From assembly GCA_900317885.1 (NCBI GenBank), contig ONIM01000006.1, positions 6,975-70,974 of the forward strand: a stretch of 64,000 bases of DNA. The letters are read 5' to 3'. Source of the stretch: an uncultured Bacteroidales bacterium (lineage in GTDB: Bacteria > Bacteroidota > Bacteroidia > Bacteroidales > Paludibacteraceae). The translations under genes were made by a program, and so were the position numbers. The first letter of the stretch is position 1; every line of letters starts with the position of its first letter. Below are positions 40,794-50,972 of the stretch, piece by piece. Under the pieces are notes generated by a model, which saw only the letters and a list, made by a program, of their open reading frames with translations, was not told the DNA's origin and made no database searches.

Positions 40794-41670
40794 ATTAGCA
40801 ATAGTAGTTAGCGCGAGTATCGACTCGACGATGCTGATGATCGGCGACCAGACGGCGATGCACCTGAGTGTGACGCAGGAGGCGAACGAGCGGGTCGAGA
40901 TGCCTGTTTTCGGCGAGACGCTGCAGGACGGTATTGAGATCGTGGACCGCTCAGCGGTGGACACCACTACCCTGCCCGACGGCCGTTTGCAGTTGAGCCA
41001 GAAGCTGACGCTGACGTCGTTCAAAGACAGCCTCTTTGCTGTGGCGCCGATAGCGGTTGTGAGCGGCGGAGACACTTTCTTTACTGACCCTATGGCGCTA
41101 AACGTCATCCAGCCGTTTGAGGTGGACAGTTCACTCGCTATCACGGATATCAAGGACATCGAGAAAGCACCGATATACTGGTGGGGCATCATCCGGTGGA
41201 TCCTGCTCGCATTGGCAATCATCGGGCTCTTCGTAGGCGCATACTACGGCGTACTATGGTACCGCAAGCATTTCCTCAAAGAGGAAGAGGTGATCGAACT
41301 CGAACTGCTGCGTCCTGCGGATGAAGTAGCCCTCGAGAAACTGGACGAAATAAAGGCGCAGAAGATCTGGAAAGACGGTAAGGTGAAGGAGTACCAGACC
41401 GAACTGACGGATGTCGTGCGGGAGTATATAGGTCGCCGTTTTGACGTACAGAGTACGGAGAAGACCTCCGACGAGACGCTGCGTGCGATGAAACCGCTTA
41501 TCGACAAAGAGCTCTTTGCCAAACTCAGTAAGATGCTGCAACTCGCCGACCTCGTGAAGTTCGCCAAATGGCACACGACGCCGGATGAGAACGAGCAGGC
41601 ACTAAGCACGGCGTATGAGTTTGTCAATGAGACCAAGGAAGTACCAAGTACAAAGGAGGAGGAAGTATGA
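40777..41670 (+). CDS. Bat-operon membrane protein (BatD-like N-terminal region plus TM helix, possibly DUF4381-type)
   Basis: 297 aa. TM segment IIRWILLALAIIGLFVGAYYGVLWY. Position between DUF58 and batA. Confidence 0.65.
   Translation: MIYNLLLAIVVSASIDSTMLMIGDQTAMHLSVTQEANERVEMPVFGETLQDGIEIVDRSAVDTTTLPDGRLQLSQKLTLTSFKDSLFAVAPIAVVSGGDTFFTDPMALNVIQPFEVDSSLAITDIKDIEKAPIYWWGIIRWILLALAIIGLFVGAYYGVLWYRKHFLKEEEVIELELLRPADEVALEKLDEIKAQKIWKDGKVKEYQTELTDVVREYIGRRFDVQSTEKTSDETLRAMKPLIDKELFAKLSKMLQLADLVKFAKWHTTPDENEQALSTAYEFVNETKEVPSTKEEEV
41641..41656 (-). repeat. Copy of the CCTTTGTACTTGGTAC element (reverse orientation) at the 3' end of the 40777..41670 gene
   Basis: Plus-strand gtaccaagtacaaagg is the exact reverse complement of the motif found twice in rimP (52358, 52450). 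Confidence 0.9.
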
Positions 41671-42653
41671 CATTTGCTAATCCAGGATATTTATTTTTAT
41701 TACTGCTGCTGATCCCCGTGATCGGATGGTATCTGTACGAGCTTCGCAAGTCCGATGCCAGCGTCCAGATCTCGGACACCAGCACTCTGGCGGCGCAACC
41801 GAAGAGTTGGCGGATATGGTTGCTGCACGTGCCGTTCGGTCTTCGTGTAGCGGCTATCACCTTATTATCACTCGCGCTCGCGCGCCCGCAGTTGACTAAC
41901 CGCTGGTCGTCGGAGTCGACCGAAGGTATCGACATCATGATGGCGCTGGATATATCCGGTACGATGTTAGCGGAGGACCTGCGACCGAACCGTCTGGAGG
42001 CCGCCAAACAAGTAGCTTCGGATTTCGTGATCGCGCGGCCGAATGACCAGATCGGTCTGGTGGTCTTTGCCGGAGAGAGTTTCACGCAATGCCCTCTGAC
42101 GACGGATCACGCGGTGCTCGTCAACCTCTTCAAATCCGTGGAATACGGTATGATTGAAGACGGTACCGCCATCGGTCTGGGTCTTGCGAACGCCGTGAAC
42201 CGAATGAAAGACAGCGAGACGAAATCGAAAGTGGTGATTCTCCTGACGGATGGTTCGAACAACCGCGGTGATATCGACCCGCAGACAGCAGCGCAGATTG
42301 CCAAGACCTACGGAATCCGCGTTTATACGGTAGGCGTAGGTAGCTACGGGCAGACCCGCGTGCCGGTGAAGACGCCGATGGGAATGCAGTACGTGACGAT
42401 GGACTCGGAGTTCGACGAAGGCACGCTGCGCGGCATCGCGGAGACAACCGGAGGTCAGTATTTCCGAGCGACCGACAACACCAGCCTCAAACGTATCTAC
42501 GAGCAGATCGACCAGTTGGAGAAGACCAAACTGCGTGTTCGCGAATACAGCAAACACACAGAGAACTTCGCGCCGTTCCTCTTCGCCGCACTATTCTGCC
42601 TCCTGTTAGAGGTCATTTTGAGATATTTTGTATTGAGAACTATTGCACAATAA
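41667..42653 (+). CDS. batA: Aerotolerance protein BatA (vWA domain, membrane-anchored)
   Basis: N-terminal TM helices. vWA MIDAS DISGTM/DGSNN-type motifs (MALDISGTMLAED, LLTDGSNNRG). C-terminal TM. Operon context. Confidence 0.88.
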   Translation: MTFANPGYLFLLLLLIPVIGWYLYELRKSDASVQISDTSTLAAQPKSWRIWLLHVPFGLRVAAITLLSLALARPQLTNRWSSESTEGIDIMMALDISGTMLAEDLRPNRLEAAKQVASDFVIARPNDQIGLVVFAGESFTQCPLTTDHAVLVNLFKSVEYGMIEDGTAIGLGLANAVNRMKDSETKSKVVILLTDGSNNRGDIDPQTAAQIAKTYGIRVYTVGVGSYGQTRVPVKTPMGMQYVTMDSEFDEGTLRGIAETTGGQYFRATDNTSLKRIYEQIDQLEKTKLRVREYSKHTENFAPFLFAALFCLLLEVILRYFVLRTIAQ

Positions 42654-42654
42654 T

Positions 42655-43689
42655 ATGATATTTAGATTTGCCAATATAGAAGTTTTATGGCTGCTGTTCA
42701 GCGTACCGGTCCTTTCCTTGGCCTACGCATGGTACACGCGGATCAAACGCCGCCAGTTAGAGGAGTTCGGTGACAAAGAGCTGGTAGAGCAGTTGATGCC
42801 GAACGCGAGTCGCGTGCGTCCCGCCGTGAAGTTCTCCATCCTGATGGTCGCCCTGACGCTGCTGATCATCGCTGCCGCACGACCGCAGTTCGGGCAGTCC
42901 GAGCGCACGGAGAAAAGGCAAGGTATCGAGGCCATCGTGGCGCTGGATATATCCAACTCGATGCTGGCAGAAGATGTCGCGCCGAACCGTCTCGACCGCG
43001 CCAAACAGATGCTCTCCAAATTAATGGACAACATGGTGAACGACAAAGTGGGACTCGTAGTCTTTGCCGGCGATGCGTTTGTACAACTGCCGATCACCTG
43101 CGACTACGTCTCTGCGAAGATGTTCCTCAACTCGATCAAACCCGAGCTCATCAAGACACAAGGTACCGCTATCGGTGCGGCGTTGAGTACATCCATCCGT
43201 TGCTTTGGAGAGCAGTCCGACGCGAGCCGCGCGATCATCCTCATCACCGATGGTGAGAACCACGAAGACGACGCTGTAGCAGTAGCCAAACGCGCCAAAG
43301 AGGAAGGAATCCAAGTGCTGGTAGTCGGTATCGGTAAGCCCGAAGGCAGTCCGATTCCTGTAGCAGGTACGAACAACTTCATGAAGGACCGTCAGGGGAA
43401 CGTCGTCGTCAGCCGTTTGAACGAGGACATGTGCCGCGAGATAGCGCAAGCCGGAGGAGGAATCTACGTCCGTTGCGACAACTCGAATACAGCTACCAAG
43501 GCCATTCAGAAAGAGCTCGACAAACTCGCTACCCAAGAGATAGAGACCACCACCTATACCGACTACAACGAGCAGTTCCAGAGCTTCGCGCTCATCGCGT
43601 TACTGCTGCTCGTGATCGATTTCTTCATCTTCAATCGCAAGAACAAATCATTAACCAAATTAGATATATTCGGGGAGGGAAAGAAATGA
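42655..43689 (+). CDS. batB: Aerotolerance protein BatB (vWA domain, membrane-anchored)
   Basis: ATG at 42655 (MIFRFANIEVLWLL), 1 nt after the batA stop. vWA motifs VALDISNSM and LITDGENHED. Confidence 0.88.
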   Translation: MIFRFANIEVLWLLFSVPVLSLAYAWYTRIKRRQLEEFGDKELVEQLMPNASRVRPAVKFSILMVALTLLIIAAARPQFGQSERTEKRQGIEAIVALDISNSMLAEDVAPNRLDRAKQMLSKLMDNMVNDKVGLVVFAGDAFVQLPITCDYVSAKMFLNSIKPELIKTQGTAIGAALSTSIRCFGEQSDASRAIILITDGENHEDDAVAVAKRAKEEGIQVLVVGIGKPEGSPIPVAGTNNFMKDRQGNVVVSRLNEDMCREIAQAGGGIYVRCDNSNTATKAIQKELDKLATQEIETTTYTDYNEQFQSFALIALLLLVIDFFIFNRKNKSLTKLDIFGEGKK

Positions 43690-44420
43690 GAAAACGTATT
43701 ATTATAGCCATATTGTCTTTATTCCTTGCTCCTTCTTCCTTACTCTTTGCCCAAAAAGAGGCTTCGGACGTGCGCCGCGGCAACCGAGAGTACAACAAGC
43801 AGAACTATACCGAGGCTGAAGTCAACTACCGCCGAGGGCTGGAGAAGAACAAGAACGGCTACGAGGCACATTACAACCTCGGCGACGCGCTCTTCAAGCA
43901 AGACAAGTACGCCGACGCGCAGGTAGAGTTCGAGACCGCAGCGAAGATGCTGGATAAGAAGGAAGACAAGACCCGTTACGCCAAGGCGATGCATAACATC
44001 GGTAACTGTCAGTTTGCGCAGCAACAATATGACAAAGCCGTAGCCGCCTACCAGGAGTCGCTGCGCGCTAACCCAGCCGACAACGACACGCGATATAACC
44101 TCGTCAAGTCGATGCAGATGTTGCAACAACAGCAACAACAGCAGCAACAAAACCAGCAGAACCAAGATCAGAAACAAGACCAGCAGCAACAGCAGCAACA
44201 AGAACAACAACAAAATCAGGATCAGCAACAAGATCAGCAAGAGCAACAAGATCAGCAAGAGCAACAAGAGCAACAGCAGCAACAAGAACAAAACGACGAC
44301 CAGATGGACAAAGAGACCGCGGAGCAGATCCTACAGGCCCTCGAGCAAGACGAGCAAGACACCCAGGAGAAGATGCAGCGTCAGCAAGGTCGCAAGAAAC
44401 GTGTTGAGAAAGAATGGTAA
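43686..44420 (+). CDS. batC: Aerotolerance protein BatC (TPR) with a 59-residue Gln-rich tract
   Basis: The ATG at 43686 overlaps the batB stop (ATGA). Signal/TM MRKRIIIAILSLFLAPSSLLFA, then TPR repeats. The upstream part of ORF 43431 is read-through inside batB. Confidence 0.85.
   Translation: MRKRIIIAILSLFLAPSSLLFAQKEASDVRRGNREYNKQNYTEAEVNYRRGLEKNKNGYEAHYNLGDALFKQDKYADAQVEFETAAKMLDKKEDKTRYAKAMHNIGNCQFAQQQYDKAVAAYQESLRANPADNDTRYNLVKSMQMLQQQQQQQQQNQQNQDQKQDQQQQQQQEQQQNQDQQQDQQEQQDQQEQQEQQQQQEQNDDQMDKETAEQILQALEQDEQDTQEKMQRQQGRKKRVEKEW
44124..44300 (+). repeat. CAA/CAG-rich coding microsatellite (poly-Gln with N/D/E/K interruptions)
   Basis: 59 codons, almost all CAA/CAG with GAT/GAC/GAG/GAA/AAC and one AAA interruptions, read directly. 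Confidence 0.95.
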
Positions 44421-44422
44421 GT

Positions 44423-46276
44423 ATGAAAAGATTTTTATCAATAGTATTATCGTTGATCACCCTGACGGTATTCGCGGATGAGGTGGTCTTCAAGGCGCAA
44501 GCGCCTAAACAAGTGGTGGTAGGTAGGCCGTTTCAGGTGACGTACACCGTCAACCAGCGGAGCCGCGACCTGCGGGCACCGGAGTTCACGGATTTCGATG
44601 TTCTCTCCGGTCCGTACACCTCGACCAGCAGTAGTACCTCGTTCGTCAACGGCAAACGTACCTCGTCCTTCGAGCAGACCTACACGTACATGCTCATGGC
44701 GCAGAAAGCCGGTACGTTCACCATCGGTCCTGCGACCGTCAAAGTAGATGGCGAGCAGGTGCAGTCCAACGGCGTACGGATTCAGGTGCTGCCGGAGGAC
44801 GAGCAACCGGCACAGAGCAGTCAGCCCTCAGCCGGCAGTCAAGCGAGTCAGCGTAGCCAGAGCGCGCCTTCGAGTTCCTCCGGAGCCGTTAACTCTGAGA
44901 ATCTTTTCGTGCGTACCATCGCGTCCAAGACCCGCGTGCACGAGCAAGAGGCATTGATGATCACCTACAAGCTCTACTTCGCGAACGTCGATGTAGCGCA
45001 GTTGACCAACAACACCAAACTACCGGAGTACACGGGTTTCCTTAAGCAAGAGTTGGAGCAAGGCGAGATACAGACGGAGCTGGAGCATTATAACGGTCGC
45101 AACTACCAGACCGCCGTGCTCTATCGCACCATCCTCTACCCGCAGCACTCCGGAGACATCAAGATTGATCCGGCGAACTTCGAAGCCGTGCTGCGTGTGC
45201 AGACAAGGTCGCAGGTTCGGTCGATCTTCGATGATTTCTTTGGCTCTTACACCAACGTCACAAAGATGCTCACTGCTCCCGGCGTGACGATCCATGTAGC
45301 AGCGCTGCCGGGCGGCAAACCCGCAGGATTCAGCGGCGGTGTGGGTAAATTCACGCTGACGCCTTCGATCTCGCAAACCGAGGTGCAGACCAACGACGCT
45401 GTGACCATCAAGTTAGACATCTCCGGCGCAGGAAACATGAAACTGCTCAAGACCCCGGCTATCGATTGGCCGGAAGGCTTCGAACCGTACGACCCGAAGG
45501 TGACCAATAACTTCAACACCACCACTTCGGGGGTCAGCGGCACCAAGTCCATCGAGTACCTCGCTATCCCCCGTAGCGCAGGCGAGTACACCATCCCTGC
45601 GATCAAGTTCAGCTATTTCGATATCGACGAGAAAGCCTACAAGACCCTCTCGACACCTGAGTACACGATTCTCGTGAAACGCGGTGCCGGCGCTTCATCC
45701 GGCACGGGAAGCGAAGAAGGAGCGGTCGTTTATCACGCCCAGAAAGAGGACATCAAACAGCTCGGTTCCGACATCCGCTACATCGATACGAAAAAGCCTA
45801 AGTCATCATCCATCAGACAGCAGACATCAGACATCAACCATATATGGTTGTTCTACGTCATACCGGCACTCATCGCCCTGATCCTACTCGTCGTACTACG
45901 CAAGCAGATCAAGGAGAATGCCGACTTGGCACGGGTTCGTTACAAGAAAGCCAACAAGGTAGCCAAGAAGCGTCTCAAAGCTGCTGCCGCTGCGCTCAAA
46001 GCGAATGACAAGGATCATTTCTACGAAGAGATTGAGCGCGCAGCGTGGACCTACCTATCCGACCGTCTGTCGATACCTACGGCTGACCTCAACAAGGAAA
46101 ATATCGCGTCTCTGCTGGCGCAAAAGAACGTGCCGGAAGCGATTATCACAGAGGTAAAGAACGTACTCTCGACGGCAGAGTTTGCCCGCTACGCACCGAC
46201 TACCGACCACGACATGGACGACCTCTATGAGGCTACAACCAATATTATCAACAAACTGGAGGAACAAAAATTATGA
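44423..46276 (+). CDS. batD: Aerotolerance protein BatD
   Basis: ATG at 44423 (MKRFLSIVLSLITLTVFA signal). ~617 aa with a late TM helix (IWLFYVIPALIALILLVVL). Operon position. Confidence 0.85.
   Translation: MKRFLSIVLSLITLTVFADEVVFKAQAPKQVVVGRPFQVTYTVNQRSRDLRAPEFTDFDVLSGPYTSTSSSTSFVNGKRTSSFEQTYTYMLMAQKAGTFTIGPATVKVDGEQVQSNGVRIQVLPEDEQPAQSSQPSAGSQASQRSQSAPSSSSGAVNSENLFVRTIASKTRVHEQEALMITYKLYFANVDVAQLTNNTKLPEYTGFLKQELEQGEIQTELEHYNGRNYQTAVLYRTILYPQHSGDIKIDPANFEAVLRVQTRSQVRSIFDDFFGSYTNVTKMLTAPGVTIHVAALPGGKPAGFSGGVGKFTLTPSISQTEVQTNDAVTIKLDISGAGNMKLLKTPAIDWPEGFEPYDPKVTNNFNTTTSGVSGTKSIEYLAIPRSAGEYTIPAIKFSYFDIDEKAYKTLSTPEYTILVKRGAGASSGTGSEEGAVVYHAQKEDIKQLGSDIRYIDTKKPKSSSIRQQTSDINHIWLFYVIPALIALILLVVLRKQIKENADLARVRYKKANKVAKKRLKAAAAALKANDKDHFYEEIERAAWTYLSDRLSIPTADLNKENIASLLAQKNVPEAIITEVKNVLSTAEFARYAPTTDHDMDDLYEATTNIINKLEEQKL
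45804..45838 (+). repeat. 7-nt tandem array x5 (CATCATC/CATCAGA/CAGCAGA/CATCAGA/CATCAAC) in frame in batD
   Basis: Read directly. Encodes SSSIRQQTSDIN just before the TM helix. Confidence 0.9.
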
Positions 46277-47040
46277 AATTTCTAAATAACTTCGGTATAT
46301 CGGTATATCGATATATCGTTATATCGGTCTTTTTCATCTGTAGTTCAGCCTCTTTTGCCCAGGACGCTTTCGATGCAGCGAACGCAGCGTACGCGGACGG
46401 TCGCTACGAAGAGGCGGCGGCGATGTATCAGTCGCTCTTGGACGAGCAGCCCGATGCAACCCTTTATTACAACCTCGGCAACGCCCGTTTCAAGCAAGGC
46501 GAGCTGGCACAGGCGATCCTCAACTATGAGCGTGCGCTGCGTCTCAAACCCAACTACAAAGACGCGCGCTACAATCTGGCTTTTGCGCAATCCCGCATCA
46601 CGGATAATATCGTCGAGCAGGATTTCTTCCTCTCGGCATGGGCGCGCACGGTGCGTAACTGTCTCAGCGAGCGCACGTGGTGGAGCACCTCCATCGGGCT
46701 CTTCATCTGCGCCCTGATTGCCCTCCTGCTCTTCCTGCTCGGCCGCGAGTTATGGCTGCGTAAGACGGCCTTCCACGTGGCTTGGATAGCGCTTCTCTTC
46801 TCCCTCATCGCGGGACTCAACGCAGGCTCCCTGCATCAACGAAACACCCTGCGCAATGAGGCTATCATCACACAGGGTGTTGTCAATGTCAAGTCTTCTC
46901 CGGATCGTTCAGGAACCGACCTCTTTACGATTCACGAGGGCACCAAAGTGACCATCCGTGAGACCCTCGGCGAGTGGGTCAACGTGCGCGTCGGCTCGAA
47001 CGAGGGCTGGATGAAGTCTGGTTATCTTGAGAGGATCTAG
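46273..47040 (+). CDS. batE: Aerotolerance protein BatE (TPR plus C-terminal SH3-like domain)
   Basis: TPR (YNLGNARFKQGELAQAILNYERALRLKPNYKDARYNL). TM helices. C-terminal SH3b-like GVVNVKSSPD...GEWVNVRVGSNEGWMKSGYLE. Confidence 0.85.
   Translation: MKFLNNFGISVYRYIVISVFFICSSASFAQDAFDAANAAYADGRYEEAAAMYQSLLDEQPDATLYYNLGNARFKQGELAQAILNYERALRLKPNYKDARYNLAFAQSRITDNIVEQDFFLSAWARTVRNCLSERTWWSTSIGLFICALIALLLFLLGRELWLRKTAFHVAWIALLFSLIAGLNAGSLHQRNTLRNEAIITQGVVNVKSSPDRSGTDLFTIHEGTKVTIRETLGEWVNVRVGSNEGWMKSGYLERI
46293..46327 (+). repeat. 8-nt tandem array x4 (CGGTATAT/CGATATAT/CGTTATAT) in the first 20 codons of batE
   Basis: cggtatat cggtatat cgatatat cgttatat cgg. Encodes GISVYRYIVISV. Confidence 0.9.
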
Positions 47041-48232
47041 TACCGCTGGTTCGAGTGGACGTTCCGCTCGTACGGGTAGAGGTACTTGTACCGCTTGTTC
47101 GCGTAGAAGTACTGCTCGTGCGGCTTGAGTTTCCGCTCTCGCGCTTCACTGTCGTTGTACGACCTGTACTGTCGGTGGTCTTCACCGTGGTGCGGGTCGT
47201 ACCGCTTTTATTGACGCGGGTATTGATCGTCGTACCGGGCGTCGGAGTCTTCGTAGTACTCGTCTTTGTAGTCGTGGCGGTCGTGGTGCCGCTGGCACGC
47301 GTCGAGGTACTTGGTTTGTCGCTCGTACGCTTACTACTCTTCTCTACCTCGGTGCGCAGCTGAGCCGCATTACGCACGCTCATGCCGGACGAAGCAGCGG
47401 TACGCGTCACGCGGCGCTCGAACGAGTTATCCGGGTGTTGTACTCCGTAGTCATTCCTGCGATGCGACTGCGTCATCTCCGTATAACCGCTATAGAACGG
47501 CTTGGAGGGGTAGTCGCAGTGGTGGCAGTAGTGATGGTTCGTCATGTAGGTCGTCACGTACGCCTGGTAATGGTTGATAACCACCGGCTTAGGCTGCGTG
47601 TAGTACGAAGGGTAGTAGCCGTAGTAATACGGCGAGGACCAAACGGCGTACGTCGTGTGGCCGTACACGTTCCACATCGGCGGACGTCGTACGAACACAG
47701 GACGAACGATATAGTTATAACCATACAGATACGGATCGCCGATCACCTCCACGTAAAGCACATCCGGCCGACGTTCTGCTACAAGCGTGGCGATATCTTG
47801 GAACATGCCCGGAGCCACACAAGCCTGTAGTAGCAACGTGTGATAATACCCGCGGGAAGTCTCAATAACGCGGATGTAATCAACCCATCCGTCGCGATTG
47901 AGGTCGAGATTATTGATCATGTACCGGCTGGAGTTAAGGATCTGCTCAAACTCCCTGACGGAGTTCGACTCCGCGAAAGCAGCAGCTACCGCGTTGAGGT
48001 CCAGCGAGAAACACAGATCGGTGTTGTAGTTCGTTACCGTGAAGGTCGTCACCGTCGTCACTTTCGGCGAAGGAGTCGTCACTGTCGTCACGTACGTCGG
48101 TTGTTGAACCGGCTGAGGAGCCGGCACGGGTTTCTCGCGCACCACTACTACCGGTTCCGACACTGTCCTAATAGTTGTCCAGCAGCTCGTCAACGCAACC
48201 GCTGCCAGAACTAATAATGCTATCTTTTTCAT
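46979..48232 (-). CDS. Hypothetical lipoprotein with Tyr/His-rich core and Ser/Thr/Arg-rich disordered tail
   Basis: Lipobox ALTSCWTT. 417 aa. Tail of TSTRTSGTS-type repeats. Starts 3 nt after the infB stop. Its 3' end overlaps batE by 62 nt (convergent). Confidence 0.65.
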   Translation of the reverse strand: MKKIALLVLAAVALTSCWTTIRTVSEPVVVVREKPVPAPQPVQQPTYVTTVTTPSPKVTTVTTFTVTNYNTDLCFSLDLNAVAAAFAESNSVREFEQILNSSRYMINNLDLNRDGWVDYIRVIETSRGYYHTLLLQACVAPGMFQDIATLVAERRPDVLYVEVIGDPYLYGYNYIVRPVFVRRPPMWNVYGHTTYAVWSSPYYYGYYPSYYTQPKPVVINHYQAYVTTYMTNHHYCHHCDYPSKPFYSGYTEMTQSHRRNDYGVQHPDNSFERRVTRTAASSGMSVRNAAQLRTEVEKSSKRTSDKPSTSTRASGTTTATTTKTSTTKTPTPGTTINTRVNKSGTTRTTVKTTDSTGRTTTVKRESGNSSRTSSTSTRTSGTSTSTRTSGTSTRTSGTRSSQDNQTSSSPRSSRRAR

Positions 48233-48235
48233 AAT

Positions 48236-50896
48236 CTATAGTGTTTTCGCTACTTCAACCTCCTCAAATGCCTCGAGTATATCGCCTTCTTTGAGGTCGT
48301 CGTAAGCCTTGAGACTCAGACCGCACTCGGTGTTCACACCGGCTTCCTTGATATCGTCCTTGACGTGCTTGAGGGACGCCAACTCGGCGGTCTTGATCAC
48401 GATACCGTCACGGATGACGCGTACCTTGTTACCGCGTTTGATCTTACCTTCACGCACAATACATCCGGCGATAGTGCCCACCTTGGAGATATGGAAGGTC
48501 TGCAGCACCTCGAGAGTAGCCGTCACTTCTTCCTTCACCTCCGGCGCCAACATTCCGGCCATCGCGTCTTTAAGCTCGTTGATAGCATCGTAGATGATGG
48601 AGTAGATTCGGATATCCACTTCCTCCTGCTCTGCCATCTTACGCGCCGTACCGGTAGGACGGACGTTAAAGCCGATAATCACCGCATCGGAAGCCGCAGC
48701 GAGCATGACATCGCTGTCGCTGATCGCACCTACGGCGCCATGGATGACATTAACTTGAATATTCTCCGTGGAGAGTTTGATGAGCGAGTCTTTGAGGGCC
48801 TCGACAGAACCGTCCACATCGGCCTTGATGATAATATTGAGCTCTTTGAAGTCTCCGATCGCAAGACGACGACCGATCTCCTCGAGACCGATATGTTTCT
48901 TCGTGCGGATACTCTGCTCGCGTTGTAACTGCTCACGTTTGTTTGCTATATCGCGTGCCTCTTGCTCCGTCGGCAGAACGTTAAACTCGTCACCGGCCTG
49001 CGGTGCACCGTTTAAGCCCAATACCGAACACGGTTCACCCGGACGCACCTCTGTGATCTTCTGACCGCGTTCGTTGAACATCGCTTTGATACGACCGTGG
49101 AATGTTCCTGCCAGGATGATGTCGCCCATGTGCAGCGTACCGTCCTGAACCAGCAGCGTAGCTACATAACCGCGACCTTTGTCCAGCGACGACTCGATGA
49201 CCGAACCTTTCGCACGTCTCTTCGGATTAGCCTTGAGGTCAAGCATCTCCGCCTCGAGCAGCACTTTCTCCAAGAGTTCGTAAACGCCCGTTCCTTTCTT
49301 CGCGGAGATCTCCTGGCACTGATACTTACCACCCCAGTCTTCCACGAGGATATTCATGTTACTCAACTGCTCGCGGATCTTATCAGGGTTAGCACCGGGT
49401 TTATCCACCTTGTTGATGGCGAAGACCATCGGTACACCAGCCGCTTGCGCATGGTTGATTGCCTCTATGGTCTGCGGCATGACCGCATCGTCCGCAGCGA
49501 TGATGATGATCGCTATATCCGTCACTTTCGCACCACGTGCACGCATCGCCGTGAAGGCCGCGTGACCCGGGGTATCCAGGAACGTGATGTGCTGACCGTT
49601 CTTGAGCTTGACGTTATAAGCACCGATATGCTGGGTGATACCACCGGCCTCACCGGCAATCACATTCGCGTTACGGATGTGGTCAAGGAGCGAAGTCTTA
49701 CCGTGATCCACGTGTCCCATGACCGTGACGATCGGGCAGCGAGGCTCTATATCCTCCTCGTTAATCACCTCATCGGCGTTGATCTCATCCGCCACATGAG
49801 CAGAGACATATTCGGTTTGGAAGCCGAACTCCTCCGCTACAAGATTAATCGTCTCAGCGTCGAGACGCTGGTTGATGGAGACAAACAGACCCAAGCTCAT
49901 ACAGGTTCCGATAATCTTGTTCACCGGCACATTCATCATCACCGCCAGGTCGTTCGCGGTCACGAACTCTGTCAGTTTCAGCACTTTGGATTGCTCCTGT
50001 GCCTCCATGATCTCGAGTTCATGTTTCTCTCTCTCCTGCTCGCGGCGCTCACGCTTATATTTAGAGGTGTTGGATTTGTTTTGCTTCTGCTGGAGGCGGT
50101 TGAGCGTCTCCTTCAAAGCCTTATCCACCTCTTCCTGCGTAGCTTCGCGTGGTTGGTTCTTCTTGTTCTTCTTGCCTGCCTGATTGCGTTTGTCGTTGGG
50201 ATCAACCTTCGCCGCGTTCGCTTTGATGCGTTCGCGTTTACGTTTCTCCGCCGCAGCTTGCTGCTGGGCTTGCTGCGCTTGTTGACGCTCCTCACGCTCT
50301 TTGCGTTTCTGCTCTTTGCTCTTCTTCGCCGGACGAGTAGAGGTGTCGATGGAGTCCAGGTCAATCTTACCTACCACTTTCGGCCCGTCCGTCAGTTCAG
50401 GTTTACCGAAGGTGAAGATCTTCGGCTTGGGTTTCTCCTGAGGCTTCTCCTGAGCTTTGGCTTGCTCCTGAGCCTGCGCTTGAACTTTCTCTGCCTCTCT
50501 CTTGGCTGCCTCGGCTTTCGCTTCTTCTTCGGCTTTTTTCGCAGCCTCAGCGCGTTCTGCTTCCTCTGCCGCACGCTTGGCCTCAGCCTCCGCCGCACGG
50601 CGCGCTGCCTCTTCGGCGGCTTTCTTTGCCGCCTCTGCTTCCGCAGCACGTTTGGCCGCTTCTGCTGCCTCTTTCTCTGCCGCCTCACGAGCCTGACGCT
50701 CCGCTGCCTGACGATCCGCCTCTATCTTCACAGCGAGATCTTTGCTGAACTCTTTCGCTAACAGCAGATACAGCTCGTCGTCAATGCGCACGTTCGGATC
50801 AGAAGCTATAGGATGACCGTTCTTCTCGCACCATGCGGTGAGAGTTGCCATGCCTATATTTAATTCTTTACATGCTTTTATTAATTTTATCGCCAT
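48236..50896 (-). CDS. infB: Translation initiation factor IF-2
   Basis: G domain [25 protein letters not shown]. Lys/Ala/Glu-rich N-terminal region. Synteny after nusA. Confidence 0.96.
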   Translation of the reverse strand: MAIKLIKACKELNIGMATLTAWCEKNGHPIASDPNVRIDDELYLLLAKEFSKDLAVKIEADRQAAERQAREAAEKEAAEAAKRAAEAEAAKKAAEEAARRAAEAEAKRAAEEAERAEAAKKAEEEAKAEAAKREAEKVQAQAQEQAKAQEKPQEKPKPKIFTFGKPELTDGPKVVGKIDLDSIDTSTRPAKKSKEQKRKEREERQQAQQAQQQAAAEKRKRERIKANAAKVDPNDKRNQAGKKNKKNQPREATQEEVDKALKETLNRLQQKQNKSNTSKYKRERREQEREKHELEIMEAQEQSKVLKLTEFVTANDLAVMMNVPVNKIIGTCMSLGLFVSINQRLDAETINLVAEEFGFQTEYVSAHVADEINADEVINEEDIEPRCPIVTVMGHVDHGKTSLLDHIRNANVIAGEAGGITQHIGAYNVKLKNGQHITFLDTPGHAAFTAMRARGAKVTDIAIIIIAADDAVMPQTIEAINHAQAAGVPMVFAINKVDKPGANPDKIREQLSNMNILVEDWGGKYQCQEISAKKGTGVYELLEKVLLEAEMLDLKANPKRRAKGSVIESSLDKGRGYVATLLVQDGTLHMGDIILAGTFHGRIKAMFNERGQKITEVRPGEPCSVLGLNGAPQAGDEFNVLPTEQEARDIANKREQLQREQSIRTKKHIGLEEIGRRLAIGDFKELNIIIKADVDGSVEALKDSLIKLSTENIQVNVIHGAVGAISDSDVMLAAASDAVIIGFNVRPTGTARKMAEQEEVDIRIYSIIYDAINELKDAMAGMLAPEVKEEVTATLEVLQTFHISKVGTIAGCIVREGKIKRGNKVRVIRDGIVIKTAELASLKHVKDDIKEAGVNTECGLSLKAYDDLKEGDILEAFEEVEVAKTL

Positions 50897-50933
50897 AGTA
50901 TTCTCTTTTTTTCAGGGTTGATACTGTTTTTTT

Positions 50934-50972
50934 CCCTTCCCTTTAGGGAGGGGGCAGGGGTAGGCCTCCCTC
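50934..50972 (+). repeat. GC-rich palindromic element, variant form (CCCTTCCC-TTTA-GGGAGGGG + CAGGGGTAGGCCTCCCTC), in the nusA-infB spacer
   Basis: Read directly. It abuts the nusA stop codon (50973-50975). Near-identical to the copy at 52802. Confidence 0.9.

Noticed and set aside
43740-44291. 183-aa poly-Leu ORF on the minus strand, and 44104..44493.
   Set aside because: It is the mirror image of the CAA/CAG (poly-Gln) tract of batC (CTG/TTG on the complement). There is no independent evidence for it.
49097-50761. Long antisense ORF (554 aa) opposite infB. Similar long shadow ORFs occur at 14910..15998 (opposite ftsI), 17306..18367 (opposite murE), 3749..4651 (opposite SusC), 51429..52253 (opposite nusA), and the 27815..32374 series (opposite the giant protein).
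   Set aside because: Each lies entirely inside a gene with strong family motifs on the other strand. Their translations are Arg/Leu/His-rich low-complexity with no recognisable motifs. These are typical shadow ORFs.
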